Below are positions 12,454 through 25,229 of a stretch of 64,000 nt of DNA, piece after piece; within the stretch, counting starts at the first letter, position 1, and each line of letters opens with the position of its first letter. The translations under genes and the position numbers were made by a program. The stretch comes from Octopus sinensis (lineage: Eukaryota): positions 48,794,001-48,858,000 of the forward strand of contig NC_042998.1 in NCBI RefSeq assembly GCF_006345805.1, written 5' to 3'. A model generated the notes under the pieces. The model was not told where the DNA came from, did not search any database, and saw nothing but the letters and a program-made list of their open reading frames with translations.

Positions 12454-12667
12454 AGGCCGCGAGCTGGCAGAATCATTAGAACACTGGGCGACATGCTTGA
12501 CGGTATTTCGCCTGCCGCTACGTTCTGAGTTCAAATTCAGCCGAGATCGACTTGCCTTTGATCTTTTCAGGGGTCGATTAAATAAGTATCAGTTACTTTC
12601 TGGGGTCGATGTAATCGACTTAATCCCTTTCCCAAAATTTGAGGCCTTGTGCTTCCCGTAGAAAGAT
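12454..12667 (+). mobile_element. SINE family A
   Basis: GAGCTGGCAGAATC (box A) ... GAGTTCAAATTC (box B), followed by the family A body. Confidence 0.9.
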
Positions 12668-13040
12668 TTATTATCTCCTCTTTAGCGAAGGTATTGTTTT
12701 CAGCTGTGTTTGTTTGTTTGTTTATTTGTCTGTGGACAAGATATCTCAAGAATCGCTGGATGGATTCGGATGAAATTTTCTGGAATGTTTGACCTTGTGA
12801 CTGGCACAAACTAATTAGATGTTGGGATCGATCCGGTACCGGAAAATGATTCTGGATTGTTTTTCCGTTTTCTTTCTTTTACTTAATTTTTGAGAGCGGT
12901 CGGGTTCGTTTTTAATATTCTCGTTTGTTAAAGTAGTCGAGTTTATTTCAGATATTCTCATTTTAAAAATCATCTCCGGCTAAATGTTGAGAGGACGTTG
13001 GTGTTGCTTTGGCGGAGGTTTACGCTCTCTGAGTGCTATT
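12668..13040 (+). mobile_element. Non-autonomous Helentron/HINE-like element
   Basis: 5' ATTATCTCC...GAAGGTATTGTTTTC, (GTTT)n tract, 3' TTGGCGGAGG sub-terminal repeat and CGCTC-TCT-GAGTG hairpin. Classification is from recalled architecture. Confidence 0.55.
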
Positions 13041-13055
13041 GTTGTTGTTGTTGTA

Positions 13056-13086
<31 letters not shown>

Positions 13087-13124
13087 TATTATTATTACTA
13101 CTACTACTACTACTACTGCTGCTG

Positions 13125-13181
<57 letters not shown>

Positions 13182-13200
13182 ATCATTATTACTGTTACTA
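13041..13200. repeat. (GTT)(TAT)n(TAC)n microsatellite
   Basis: Direct reading. Confidence 0.95.
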
Positions 13201-13520
13201 AGGTAGCGAGATGGCAGAATCGTTAGTACGCCGGGCGAAATGCTTAGCGGTATTTCGTCTGCCGCTACGTTCTGAGTTCAAATTCCACCGAGGTCGACTT
13301 TGCCTTTCATCCTTTCGGGGTCGATTAAATAAGTACCAGTTACGCACTGGGGTCGATATAATCGACTTAATCCGTTTGTCTGTCCTTGTTTGTCGAGGTT
13401 GACTTTGCTTTTCAGCCTTTCGGGGTCGATAAAATAAGTACGAGTTGAACACTGAGGGCCAATGTAATTGACTTATCCCCACCTCCCCCAAGCTGCCCTT
13501 GTGGCAAAAATTTGAAATAA
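13201..13520 (+). mobile_element. SINE family A, one full and one partial copy head-to-tail
   Basis: GTCGAGGT(C/T)GACTTTGC block at about 13290 and again at about 13395. Confidence 0.9.
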
Positions 13521-13839
13521 TTATTATACAAAACTGTAGGATTAACATATGAAGGATTTTTGCAACTATTTCTAACGAGCCGAGGGACGTCTTTGAAGCT
13601 TGTAGTAAAATGCTTGGCTGTGCATATTTATATTCATGTATATATGTGTATGTGTATGTTTGTGTTTGTGTCAATACATGCCTGTATACGTGGGTGTATT
13701 ATACTACTTGTATAGTTATGTCTACAAGTGCTTAGTGAAGTATTATAAGTAAAAAGATAAACAGAGGGTTTAACCTAATTGTTTTATACTTCCTCTTAAC
13801 ATCTCTGCCGTTGTTTTTATTATACTAACAGGCTATTTT

Positions 13840-14701
13840 ATTGATAATGATGATGATGGGGGTGCGGCGGCGGCGGCGGTGGTGGTGGTAGTGGTGGTGG
13901 TGGTGGTGGTGGTGGTGGTGGTGGTTGGGCGGGGTGCTGCTGCTGATAGAATTGTCATTGTTGCTGTTGTAGTTGTTGTTGTTGTTGTTGTTGTTGGTGA
14001 TGGTGGTGGTGGTGGTGGTGGTCACAGGATTGTAAGTTGATGTGGTGCTGTGTTTCGTGTTTTTGTTTACTATTTATAAAATCCCAGTCCACCTGTGTTG
14101 CGAAACATTCCAGCCGCGACCATCCCCAATTTTTAAAAGATATAGGTCTATCTAAGATCACATTATCTAATGTGTCCTCTATTTTTTTTAAGGCGGTTTG
14201 CTTTGTGATTATGAAGAGATATTATTTGGCTGCTATTTCTAGCAGGTTGAACCACCACCTACAGATGCCCTCAGCTGCTGCTGCTGCTGCTGGTAGAGAT
14301 GGTGATGATGGTGATATGGTTATAAATTGATTATGGTGGTGGTGATGATGGTGGTGGTGGTGATCATGAATATATTTATTGATATTGACAGTCACTGTAG
14401 TAGTGGCGGTTTTGTTATGAACGTAGTAATTAAAGGAAGCATTAGTTAGTAGTATTAGGTGTCGTTGTTATTGTTTACTGTTGTTGTTGCTGATGCTGTT
14501 GCTGTTGTTGCTGCTGCAGCTGTTGGTGATGGTGAAGACGAGGGACTAGTTGTTTTAAATAGTTAATGGTAATGATCCGGTGATAGGTAGTTAAATCATG
14601 GCTGGATTTTTTTTTTGTTGTGATGAAGCTGTTGTCGTGGCGACGACGACGACGACGACAGCGGCGACAATGATGATGATGATGACGACGATCATGATGT
14701 T

Positions 14702-14744
<43 letters not shown>

Positions 14745-15110
14745 GTGAACGCGACGACGACGGTGGTGGTGGTGATAGGAGCACCAGCAGATGTTGTAGT
14801 CGTATTATTACATCTGTTCTCCATGTTGGTGTTGGTGCTTGTTGGTGGTGCTGCTGCTGATGATGATGATGATGCTGGTTGGTAGTTATAAATATGACTG
14901 TTGTAGGCGTTAGGTGTGTATGTGTGAGTGGCGGGAAGACATTGCAATATATTGATTCATAACGAAATAGCAAAAACAAATTTCATGCTTGCATTTGTTA
15001 TTGTTAAGAGTATTTTTGCTGATGCCGTAGTCGTCGTCGTCGTCGTCGTCATAGCCGTGGTGGTTGTCGTAGTCATAGCCGTAGTCATCGTTGTAGTTTT
15101 ACTTTCGTTT
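13840..15110. repeat. Trinucleotide mosaic containing a minus-strand family C repeat remnant (about 14080-14275)
   Basis: GGC/GGT/GTT/GAT/CAT/GAC runs. Family C block CTGCTAGAAATAGCAGCCAAAT also seen near 900, 33300 and 57040. Confidence 0.8.
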
Positions 15111-15659
15111 TTGATGAATCGGATAGATTGAACGGGTGACCGGAGAGCAAGGGGCGAATGCTTTTTTTTTACAACTTTTAGTCGTGGGTGTTGTATGTTA
15201 GCGTGTGGTTCTCCTTTCTAGTTATCTCTAGACAACTTCATTGCTTAGTTATGACGTCAGTTGGTGCGTGTCATTTTTAGGAAATATTTGCATTTTTCAA
15301 ATTAATTCAGCTGCTTTTTTTTGTTTTTGTTTTATTTTAATTTTACTCCTTGCTACTATGGTTGTAGTTCAACTGATATTTCGCATGTGATTGAACTCTT
15401 CGTGGTAACTTTTTTTTTAATATCTGTCAGACAGATAGATCATAGGCTGGCTCTTGAAAATTGCAAATATTAATGAATAACGAATGTAATATACTAATTT
15501 ATTCATTTGACTATACAAAAAATATTTTTTTAAAAGAAAAAAAATATATTTATTCTCCAGAGAAACAAAAAAAAAATGTTACTATGAAACGTTTCCCGTT
15601 TCAGAGGCAAAAGTTGTTTATACGTATTATCCCTTAGTGAAAATCGCCAGTGGTTTAAA

Positions 15660-15667
15660 ATATCTGC

Positions 15668-15708
<41 letters not shown>

Positions 15709-16011
15709 TGTCTATATATATGTATGTTTGTATGTATGTATATATATTTGCATGTATGTGTATATATATATATATCTTTATACATATATACATACATATA
15801 TATATATCTATATATCTTTATACATATATACATGTATATATATATTATATATATATGTACGTGTGTGTGTGTATGTGTAAGTTTGAATGGATTGATTGAT
15901 GAAGGGATGATTGTCGTTTATGTATATATATATATATTATATATTATGTATATGTGTCAGTGTATGTACACACACGTGCGCGCACACACACATAATACAT
16001 ATATATATGTA

Positions 16012-16083
<72 letters not shown>

Positions 16084-16090
16084 TTTATAT
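15660..16090. repeat. (TG)n/(TA)n/(TATG)n microsatellite
   Basis: Direct reading. Confidence 0.95.
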
Positions 16091-17346
16091 ATAAGCGTTA
16101 TTCTATTACTGGTTTTGCTGCCTCATAAATAATCTGTATACTTTTCATATCAATTATATATCTTTCATACTCAGCAGAAAAGCATCAATGTCACGCAGTT
16201 TCCTTTTTAAAAATTTGACAAGTCTTATGCCTCTAAGGAAATCAGTTATCGCTGTTTATTTACAAGTTGGTTCAAATCGAACAGGCTTATAGTGACAAGC
16301 ATTCATGTCATCACCACCACCTCTTATTTTCAGGAACTGAAAATACCGCGTTAGGCGTACTACTCAGGAAGTCCTGTGAACCGCAGTTTGTCCATGACTA
16401 GTCTTCGCGAATATTGTAAAATTGGTTTTAATTCTAGGCGGCGTGATTCTACGACCAAGTTCCATTTTCAAATATTCCATTCATGTTAAATTACTAGTAC
16501 TTTTGAGAAAAGGATGATTGTCACATCATCCTAGTCCATCAGTTGAGAATCTTTTGATTACCTAATGAAAATGAGAATGCAGCATTAATTTAACAGAATT
16601 CGCTGCTTGTTTTTAGTTCCAAATTTCACTTATGTTGATAATACAACGATGGACCCGCCATAAATCCACTCGGTGGCAAAAAATAGCCGTCAGATCTCTC
16701 TTACATAATAGTCTATCGTCCTTAGACAGTATCAAAATTTGTAACTATTATAAAATGTAGTTCTAGATGTTTCTAAAAATATATTGGATGGCCACTGTTG
16801 GAAAGCCTTTGGTTATAGGCCTGTTTGACTTAGAGGTAAATAACAAAAGCAAGAAATACATTATCACCACAATATCCCATTTCTATTGATATAAATAAAT
16901 TCTCTGTGTTTTTATACAAAAACACTACAATAGCTGTAGAGCAAATAATTAAGTTGCAAACAATACGATAATGGCTGAACTTGTTTCACTTCTACAACAC
17001 GTCCTTGAAAAAGACATGATAGTTATACTTTCCCATTTTCTCACTACTGAAACATAGGGTCCTTGAGCAATAGTCAAAATAAATCAATAACAATCTTGAA
17101 ATATACAAAAAGGAAGAAGAAATTCAAATGATATCGTCATATCGTTATTTTTTCTATCTTTTTTCTATGAGAGAAATCGTATAATGTATCTCATTACGTT
17201 TAAGAATTTTGTTGATCTATCTATATAAATATAAACGTAAGAAATAAATCATTCGTAACAGAACAACACAAGCATCGAGTGCATTTCTATTCAAAATAAC
17301 GTAGAATGAATTACAGTTAATTTAGTAATAATATATTGGCATACCA

Positions 17347-17560
17347 AGACAACAAGCTGGCAGAATCGTTAGCAAGCCGGACAAAATGCTTAGCGATATT
17401 TCGATCGTTTTTACGTTTTGAGTTCAAATGCTACCGGGTCGACTTTTCCTTTCATCCTTTCAGGATCGATAAAATAAGTACCAGTCGAGTATTGGGGGTC
17501 GATGTAATCGACTTCCCTCTTCCTCCGAAGTTACTGGCTTTCGGCTAAAATTTGAAACCA
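17347..17560 (+). mobile_element. SINE family A
   Basis: Box A, box B and family A body. Confidence 0.9.
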
Positions 17561-20500
17561 AGATACGAGCATACCTCACACCTGTATTCGATTCCAAGTC
17601 ATGAGATTTGACTCAAGAAACAGTGTAAAAATGTTAGCCTATATTTGTTTTAATAAATAATTTCTACATATTTGTACGTGTATTTTATTTTATTTTTCCA
17701 CTTTAGTATTTGTGTGTGTGTTTGTTTAATTTTAATAAGTTTTAAATGTTAGCTGAGATCGACACAAAGTTAGATAAATCGACTGAAGTTGAAGTTTATT
17801 TTTACCGTTGATTTTTAAAAAATACGACATAAAGGTGAAAAATGCGTAACTCCTGAGGTATACCTGAATTTAATTCGTGGAGCATTAAATGCCTAATTAT
17901 ACCAAAAATCATACCTAGAAATAACTAAGTAAGGAGAAAAACCAACGTTATTAGTCAATGAGCCGAACACTTTATATTTTATTTTTAATAAATTTTAATT
18001 GATTCAAATTTTGATGGATTTTCTCTTTCGTTTTACTTGACCGGAAATTACCATTTTTCTAATGACTGTTTCCGCTCGCAGCAGTTTAGTTCCAATTAAT
18101 TAAAATGTCTAAATTCGCTATACTAAGTATGTTTAACATCGACCTTTTACTGTACCTGCCAAAGAAAGAAACGATGCAAGAATCATTAAAGTAAATATAC
18201 GAGGTCGTGTTTGTGCACATTGGTTAGAATTGTTTAGAGAATAAATAATTCATTGGTGCTATTTACATGAAAGAAACTAATTAGTGTTTTAGAAAATTAG
18301 CTTTTACATATTAAATACTAACTGTAAATAAGAATGTAAGTAGCAATGTGCAATTACAACTTGATAAATTTAATGTTGCTATATCATTACTCATAATGTA
18401 GAACATCAATAATTATATTTGATACACGTCAGTTATGACAGGGGCTATAACTTAATGGATTACTTCCATGGTGTTCATGAGATTTTCCCATCGAGTTTCT
18501 TCATATTTCTTTCTTAGATTTCACACTAAATATGAAAACAAGCGAATGAGACATCAACAGCTCGTTAAGATTCAGTTGGCAAGTTCATGACATTGTAGTT
18601 ACAACACGGGAGTTAGATGACGGCTGCCTGACAGGAAAACAAAGCGAATAATTAGTTTAATCCCCCAGCTTATAGCTAAGCTTTTCTACGTTGTGTCGAT
18701 TATTTTAAATATCTAATTTAAATATCTAATTTAGATAGCTAATTTAAATACATTTCATAAATTTAAATATCTTTTTCTGGAAATTTAAATATTTTTACAA
18801 ATGTATCTTCTCGACTGACACTGACAATTTTGTCTTTATATTTACCAATACAAATTCTTACTCACCACGCACACATATATATGTATATCTATATACATAT
18901 GACTTAAGCTGAGTAAAGGTAACTGTAGCTGAAGAACGGTGAACTATTTAATTCCATCCTTCAATTTTAAAATTTTACTTTGCTTTTCATTCTTCTTGGA
19001 CCGGTAAAACTACCAACAATTTTACTGAATTACTTTTAAGAAAAATCCACTAAAGTATGTGTTAAATAAATAATAAGAGCTAATATACAAAGTATAAATA
19101 AATAAATATATTTCTAATGCTTAGGAGTAGGATATTATACTTTCAATGAAGTAGTAGATTGTGGTTGATTTTTTGTCGGGGTGAGGATGCCTTTTCTTTT
19201 TTTAATGAACCTAGATGGAAATGAACACAGCTACGGGTTAGCCTTGCGATGGATTGACATCCCGTTCAGTGAACGGAGAGGTAGTTTCACACTTTCATTC
19301 GCTAAAACCGGAATAAGCGCCAGCCTATACGCTTACAGACTCAAACAGATTCTAATTTTTTTCTTTTCTTTATTGCCCATAAAGGGCCAACATAGAAGGG
19401 GACAATACAACATGATATGGGGGGTCATGTACATCGAATGGGATTATAAAATTTTATATAAAAATGATTATAAAAACGAATGAAACACAAATTACAAAAT
19501 TACAAAACAAGTGTACTCGACCCCACGAGCCTTGTCTTTTTAACCGACAACCTTTTGGAAGTCCTTACAGCGTGTTCACGCAGGGCCTTTCATTCCCAGC
19601 ATCCGTGCAACACGCATCCATCTTTTTTTGTACGTACACTCTGACAGACACCTTCTCTGCAGCTCCATCTTCCTTTTCGGATGGAACGTAAAAACATTCA
19701 CCAAGGCGAGGCCAGAGATAATGTTGAAAGAATCTAATTTTGTTAAGCCTTACTATATTACTGCTATTTATTTTATTGGTCCAATATCGCTTTGCTTTTA
19801 ATACTTCTGAGCTTTCGTTCGACTATAATTGCTTGCACTACCAACCGGCATTTCAGTTTTATTATATCACCAATTAAATTACATGTGTTCATGCGTATAG
19901 TTACTTCTAGAGCTACTCATCAAATTGCTCAACAACCAAGATGAGAATGCATGTAAATGCAATTAAAAGTAAAAAAAAAGAACTATGAATAATTTATATT
20001 TGTCTATTGCTACTTTTCAAATGTTTATCATTATTTCCATCAGTCTTAATTTTTTTATTAAAGTTTGGAAAGTCCTAAAAATCTCCATCGTTCTCGATCA
20101 ATAAATTGACCTAAATTTGATGAAACATTAAACTATGAAATGCTTGCTTCTGCTATTTACAATTTCTACTTTGATTCAATCAATAACGCAGTCGGCTGCT
20201 GCTGATCTCAATACACAGATAGCAACTGCAAAACGACTTTTGTAAGAATCTCTGGAGTGTGTTGTAAATACCAGTTAGTCATAGTAACTCTAAACAAATT
20301 TACAAACATCTTCAATATATATATACAACAATAAGTAGTTTTCAAACCACATCATTATCTATGAGTTTTACTGAGAGTGATCGTGTAATATATTCTACAG
20401 TAGTTATACACTGATATTTTCGGACAAGTGTCCTCGTCTTGGTTGTTGAGTATTTTGATGAACGAAGAAGCTCCGGTTGTGACTATAATAAAACAAGATG

Positions 20501-21439
20501 AGAACACTAGTCTAAATATAGCAATGGATAAATAATGATAATTATACAATGAATAAATAATGATAATTATACATCTCAGAAATTCAGACAAAAAGTATTC
20601 CAGTACTTTAAGAGCTTCGAAAATTTATTTGGATTTTTTTTTTTTTTTGGTCATCATCTTTATTGAAACAGCTATATTAATGCTTATGTGCATAAACTCA
20701 TAGCACACATGCAAAAACATTACAAATGCCGATGGAAAACTAGAATTTTACTGTAAACATTGTTGCGTTCAGCAGAGTATGCCCAGAATTTATTTTCTAA
20801 ATTCACCATGGGTGTTACATTCCCCAGGGTGGGGATGCAGTTTAGCCGTTTAGCTCCAAAAAGCGGTGATGACTTAACTACTACATGCAATGTAGGATAA
20901 CAGAACCGACGGATGAGTAGTTTGCTATCAAAATAGTTCTAACTATGGTTGGAGCAAAAGGACAGAATTGCTACGATATATTAAACAGCGAATACATTGC
21001 TAATGCCATTTATTTCGAAAATATTTCAGCTAGAATGATTTTTTATTTCCTCTTAAGCTAAGTGTTCAATTAAACGGAACATAGATAAAAAAAATATTGC
21101 CCTGTTTTTTGCTTTTTTTTTTGGTTTTGTTTTTGTCTTAACTAGCTTGTTGTCTTTCCTCAGTAAGATTTCGAGAGTTGATTGTGGGCCTACATTTATC
21201 AAATAAATGTCGATTATTTGAGAGATAGAAAAGAAAAAAAAATTATAACAGCTAATGAGAGACTTACATATCTTGGTTTTAAAATAAATTTTCACGAAGT
21301 AAGAATATGTCTGAGCAACAAAACATTCATAGCAATTCCACGAACAAACTATGATTCAAGATGAATGTCATTTTAAACAAGAGGATCGTGCTGTTGATTT
21401 TGCATATTGATATCAGCATTGGCTTTATTTTATCATGTT

Positions 21440-21670
21440 TTCGGACAGTTTTCAATCTTCTCTGAATTATCTGGCTAAAGCAGAGAGAACTTGAGTTCAC
21501 TCAATAACAACCCCTGTGTTACACACCATTCCATTCATGGTATTTAGATTGGATCAATAATAACTCTTGGATCCCTGAGCGCTATACTAATACATCTGTT
21601 TGTTTGTACACCACCTGCCTTCGTCTTTTGTTTATTTTCGTAAACTTTCCCTGTATATATATATATATAT
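21440..21670 (+). mobile_element. Putative Penelope pseudo-LTR fragment with an HHR-like relic, ending in (TA)n
   Basis: CTGAATTA-TCTG..CAGA-GAGAACTTGAGTTC, then CCCTGAGCG, a T-rich tail and (TA)n. Confidence 0.4.
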
Positions 21671-22976
21671 ATTCCCTTATTTTTCTACGAGATATGACAT
21701 AAAATGGCTAACGGTAATTAATTTAGTTAACACATCCTTTTAGTTTTTTTTTCTTGGTTATTAACTTTAGTAAAAAGAAAATGGACGAATAATAACACAA
21801 TTTTTCTATAATCCGTTCCAGATTTTTTTTCTTTTTATCTTTCAATTCCACCAATGAAAGTAGCAAAGGAAAGTCATTAGTTCGAGAATTTAGGTGCCTG
21901 CATGGCTTGTCACCAAGGTTCATTGCAAATATTGTAGTAAATATTGTGAAAAACATTTGGATTGAATTGGTACAGAAATAGAATCGTTGTTTAACGAACG
22001 ATAAATTAATTGAGATTGTCTTTGATTTAATTTGTCCTTCCGTGCGAGTCTTGTGTGGCTTTTGTTTGATTCAAAACGTAGCGAGGAAATATCAAGGGAA
22101 GATAGTTCTAAAGGCCATTTAACAATTTTCGTTCCAACCTCAATCTGTGACCTAATTTCACTTGAAGAACTCCTCTCTTCCATCTTCTTCTTTCTATCTT
22201 CTCCTTTCTATCTTCTCCCTCCCATATTTGGACAGAGAGCCAAAAGGACAAAAGCTGACTACAGAAATATTATTCAGGCCAAATGATTATCTTTCCATTT
22301 TGCTTTATTTTATTTTTTTTTCCTTTTTACATTTCTTTTTATATTGTGTGGAGAGGGTATGATGAGAAAGTAAACAAAAGGGAATGTTGTCTTTATGTTA
22401 ATCATGCCGACATGTGTGTGTTTTTTTATGGCTGTGTCGGGGGTGGTAATGGTGGTGGAGTAAGTGTAAAAAGCGATGGTGATTAAGAGGTCATCGTGTA
22501 TGTGAACGATAGCAAACGCGCATGTGGCATTGTAAAAGATAATTCGTGTTCTTATATACAAAGATGAATGAATTTTCATAGAGAATTGTGTTTTCACAAA
22601 TGTTCTGTCAGTTGTATTTATACTTGCGCATATGAAAACTGTATTGACGGACGGATAGTTTTGCTGTTATTTCGATATGTAAATATATAGGCCTGGCTTG
22701 TCTTAGGGAGAAAATAACAAAGAGAATATTTGGTTTTAGTAATATTCGTGAATATTCCCAGAATGCGTAAGATGATGGTGTTGGGAGCAGTAATGGCGGG
22801 GGGCGGGCTTTGTGCAAATGATCCTATGTCTAAAGGAAGCATGAAGTAAACACAGCAGGGTGAGCTAGGTCAGTGTTGAAGACATAAAGTCTGTTATTGT
22901 TGTTCAAACACCATATGCATCTTAACGTTGACGTCACATTAAAAAGAAATGTTAATCAAATGCTAATATCTAAATT

Positions 22977-23241
22977 GTGGAGGCGCGTGGCTTAGTGGTT
23001 AGGGTGTCAGCATCATGATCGTAAGATTGTGGTTTCGATTCATGGACCGGGCGACGCGTTGTGTTCTTGAGCAAAACACTTCATTTCACGTTGCTCCAGT
23101 CCGCTCAGCTGGCAAAAATGAGTAACGCTGCGATGGACTGGCGTCCCGTCCAGCTGGGGGGAACACACACGCCACAGAAACCGGGAAACCGGGCCCATGA
23201 GCCTGGCTAGGCTTGAAAAGGGCGCATAAATAAATAAATAA
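22977..23241 (+). mobile_element. Full-length tRNA-derived CORE-like SINE
   Basis: TGGCTTAGTGG and GGTTTCGATTC boxes; GTGTTCTTGAGCAAAACACTT block; (TAAA)n tail; 12-bp TSD AATATCTAAATT (22965-22976 / 23242-23253). Confidence 0.92.
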
Positions 23242-23258
23242 AATATCTAAATTTAGAT

Positions 23259-24615
23259 AAAGCGGCGAGCTTGCAGAATTGTTTGCATGCAAAGCAAAAT
23301 ACTTAGCGGCATTTTGTCCGTCTTTACGTTCTGAGTTCAAATTCCGCCGAGGCCGACAAAAATAAGTATCAGTTGAACACCGAGGTCGACATAACTGCAG
23401 CGTTTAATTACCATTCACCTCTATGGTCCGAGTTCAAATCCCTCAGAGGAAGATTTTGTCCTTCATCTTTCTGAAAGTAATGCCGTTTTAAATTACTAGG
23501 GTGTCTAACGAGTCTAGAAGCCCAATCTTGATCTATGTATGTTGTAGCTTGTTGTCAATAAGTAAATAATATATGCTGGTCTTGTGCCAAAATTTAAAAC
23601 CAGTATCTAAACTCAGATCAAGGCGACGAGCTGGCAGAATCGTTAGCACACCGGGCAAAATGCTTAGCGGAATTTCGTCCGTCTTTGCGTTCTGAGTTCA
23701 GATTCCGCCAAGAACAACTTTGTCTTTCATCGTTTCAGGGTCGATAAAATAAGTACCAGTTGATCGAAATAATCGGCTTAGCCCGTTCCCAGAAATTGCT
23801 TGCCTCGTACCAAAATTTGAAACCATCTTCCCTTCTGCTTCTTATATCTCTTTCGTGTTACTTGTGATAGAATCAATAGAGATGAAGAGAAAAGAAAAAG
23901 CGGACAAAATTCTTTGCAGTGTTTAATTACCATTCACCTCTATCGTCCGAGTTCAAATCCTTCTGAGAAAGATTTTGTCTTTCATCCTTCTGATAGTAAT
24001 GCCGTTTTAAATTACTAGGGTATCTAACGAGTCTAGAAGCCCAATCTTGATTTATGTATGTTGTAGCCTGTTGCCAATAAATAAATACTATATGGTCCAG
24101 TGCATTGATTTACCCGGGACCATATAATGCTTATAAGAAGACCTGTCTGGAAGGCCAATAAAAACAAGCAGTCGAGAACTCGAGTTGATTCAATCATCGA
24201 AAGACACTTTACTTTCTCCAGCCAAATCTTCTGTAAGAAATAACTGAAGGTGCTGTATGAAAGAATCTGTAACGGCAGTTAAAATTAAACTAGTGCTTTT
24301 AGATATGTTCTTTTATATTCTGAGTTCAAATTCCCCCAGGGCCGACTTTGCCTTTCATCGTTTCAGGGTTGATAAAGTAAAGTATTAGTAACACACGAGG
24401 ATAGATATAATGTCCTAGTAAAAAAAGAAAGAAAAGCGTCTTTATGTTTATATCAGAAATCATTATTATCAAGAAGATGAGTTGGCAGAATCGTAGAGCA
24501 TCGAACTGAACCATTCTTTAGTTTCTTTTGGCTCCACGTGGTGCGTGCCTTGCAGTATTTCCTCCAGTTCCGAGTTCAAATCACACCGAGGTAAACTTTG
24601 CCTTTCATCCCCCCC
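23259..24615 (+). mobile_element. Cluster of family A SINE copies and fragments (about 23259-23395, 23620-23825, 24300-24410, 24470-24615)
   Basis: Repeated GAGCTGGCAGAATCG heads and GAGTTCAAAT boxes. Confidence 0.85.
23398..24095 (+). repeat. Direct repeat of about 180 bp (about 23398-23575 and 23917-24095)
   Basis: Both copies read GTTTAATTACCATTCACCTCTAT...TCTAACGAGTCTAGAAGCCCAATCTTGAT with scattered substitutions. Confidence 0.9.
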
Positions 24616-24671
24616 CCCCCATCCCGGTGTAAACATTTCAAATTACCTCCTCCCCATTTCAAGCTACCTCC

Positions 24672-24701
24672 CGGTAATCTGAAATCGATTTCAGATTACC
24701 G
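24672..24701. repeat. Perfect 30-bp palindrome
   Basis: CGGTAATCTGAAATC|GATTTCAGATTACCG. Confidence 0.95.
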
Positions 24702-25229
24702 TGGGAGTAACTTGGAACAGATTTCAATTATCCCTGCGCTGTTCACATTACTCCGTCAATAATTTTGCTAAAATAATAAATTCTAAGACTTACAATTGAT
24801 ATATTTTATAACATTAAACACGGATTACATTCAAGATTGTAAACTAATCTTAAAATATGAAAATAAGATAAAAAATATTAGATTTTTTAAAACACTTTTA
24901 TGATGCACTGCGAAAAAAACATATCAGAGATTCTGTTTGCAATTGCTTTTAAATAAAAACGGTTTTTTTTTGAGCAAGTTATTTGGATTGGAGTACTTTT
25001 TTCTATAGATATGTAACCGATGGATGTTGACAGAATGTAATGATAAGAGATTGATTTGAAGAACGGTATGTGTTTTATACACAAACCGAAATTTATACAC
25101 CTTAAATTGGTAACGAAATGTATTTATATACATTAAAACATCACTGCCGTTTGTTTGTTTTTAGTTTGGAGCTTGGGTATCTTGATTTTCGTATTTGTTT
25201 TTCGTTTTTTTTAACTTGCTGGTTGTTAC

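Noticed and set aside
13955-14161. ORF with WGWSRLECF and poly-H/Q, resembling a transcription factor exon
   Set aside because: The unique-looking part is the family C repeat body found elsewhere in the window; the rest is trinucleotide repeat.
18690-18790. Short degenerate (TTTAAATATCTAA)n repeat
   Set aside because: Ordinary AT-rich slippage product.
22977-23060. tRNA-like sequences (also 34409, 46081, 48406)
   Set aside because: They are SINE heads: box A/B present, no complete acceptor stem, fused to repeat bodies, with TSDs in two cases.
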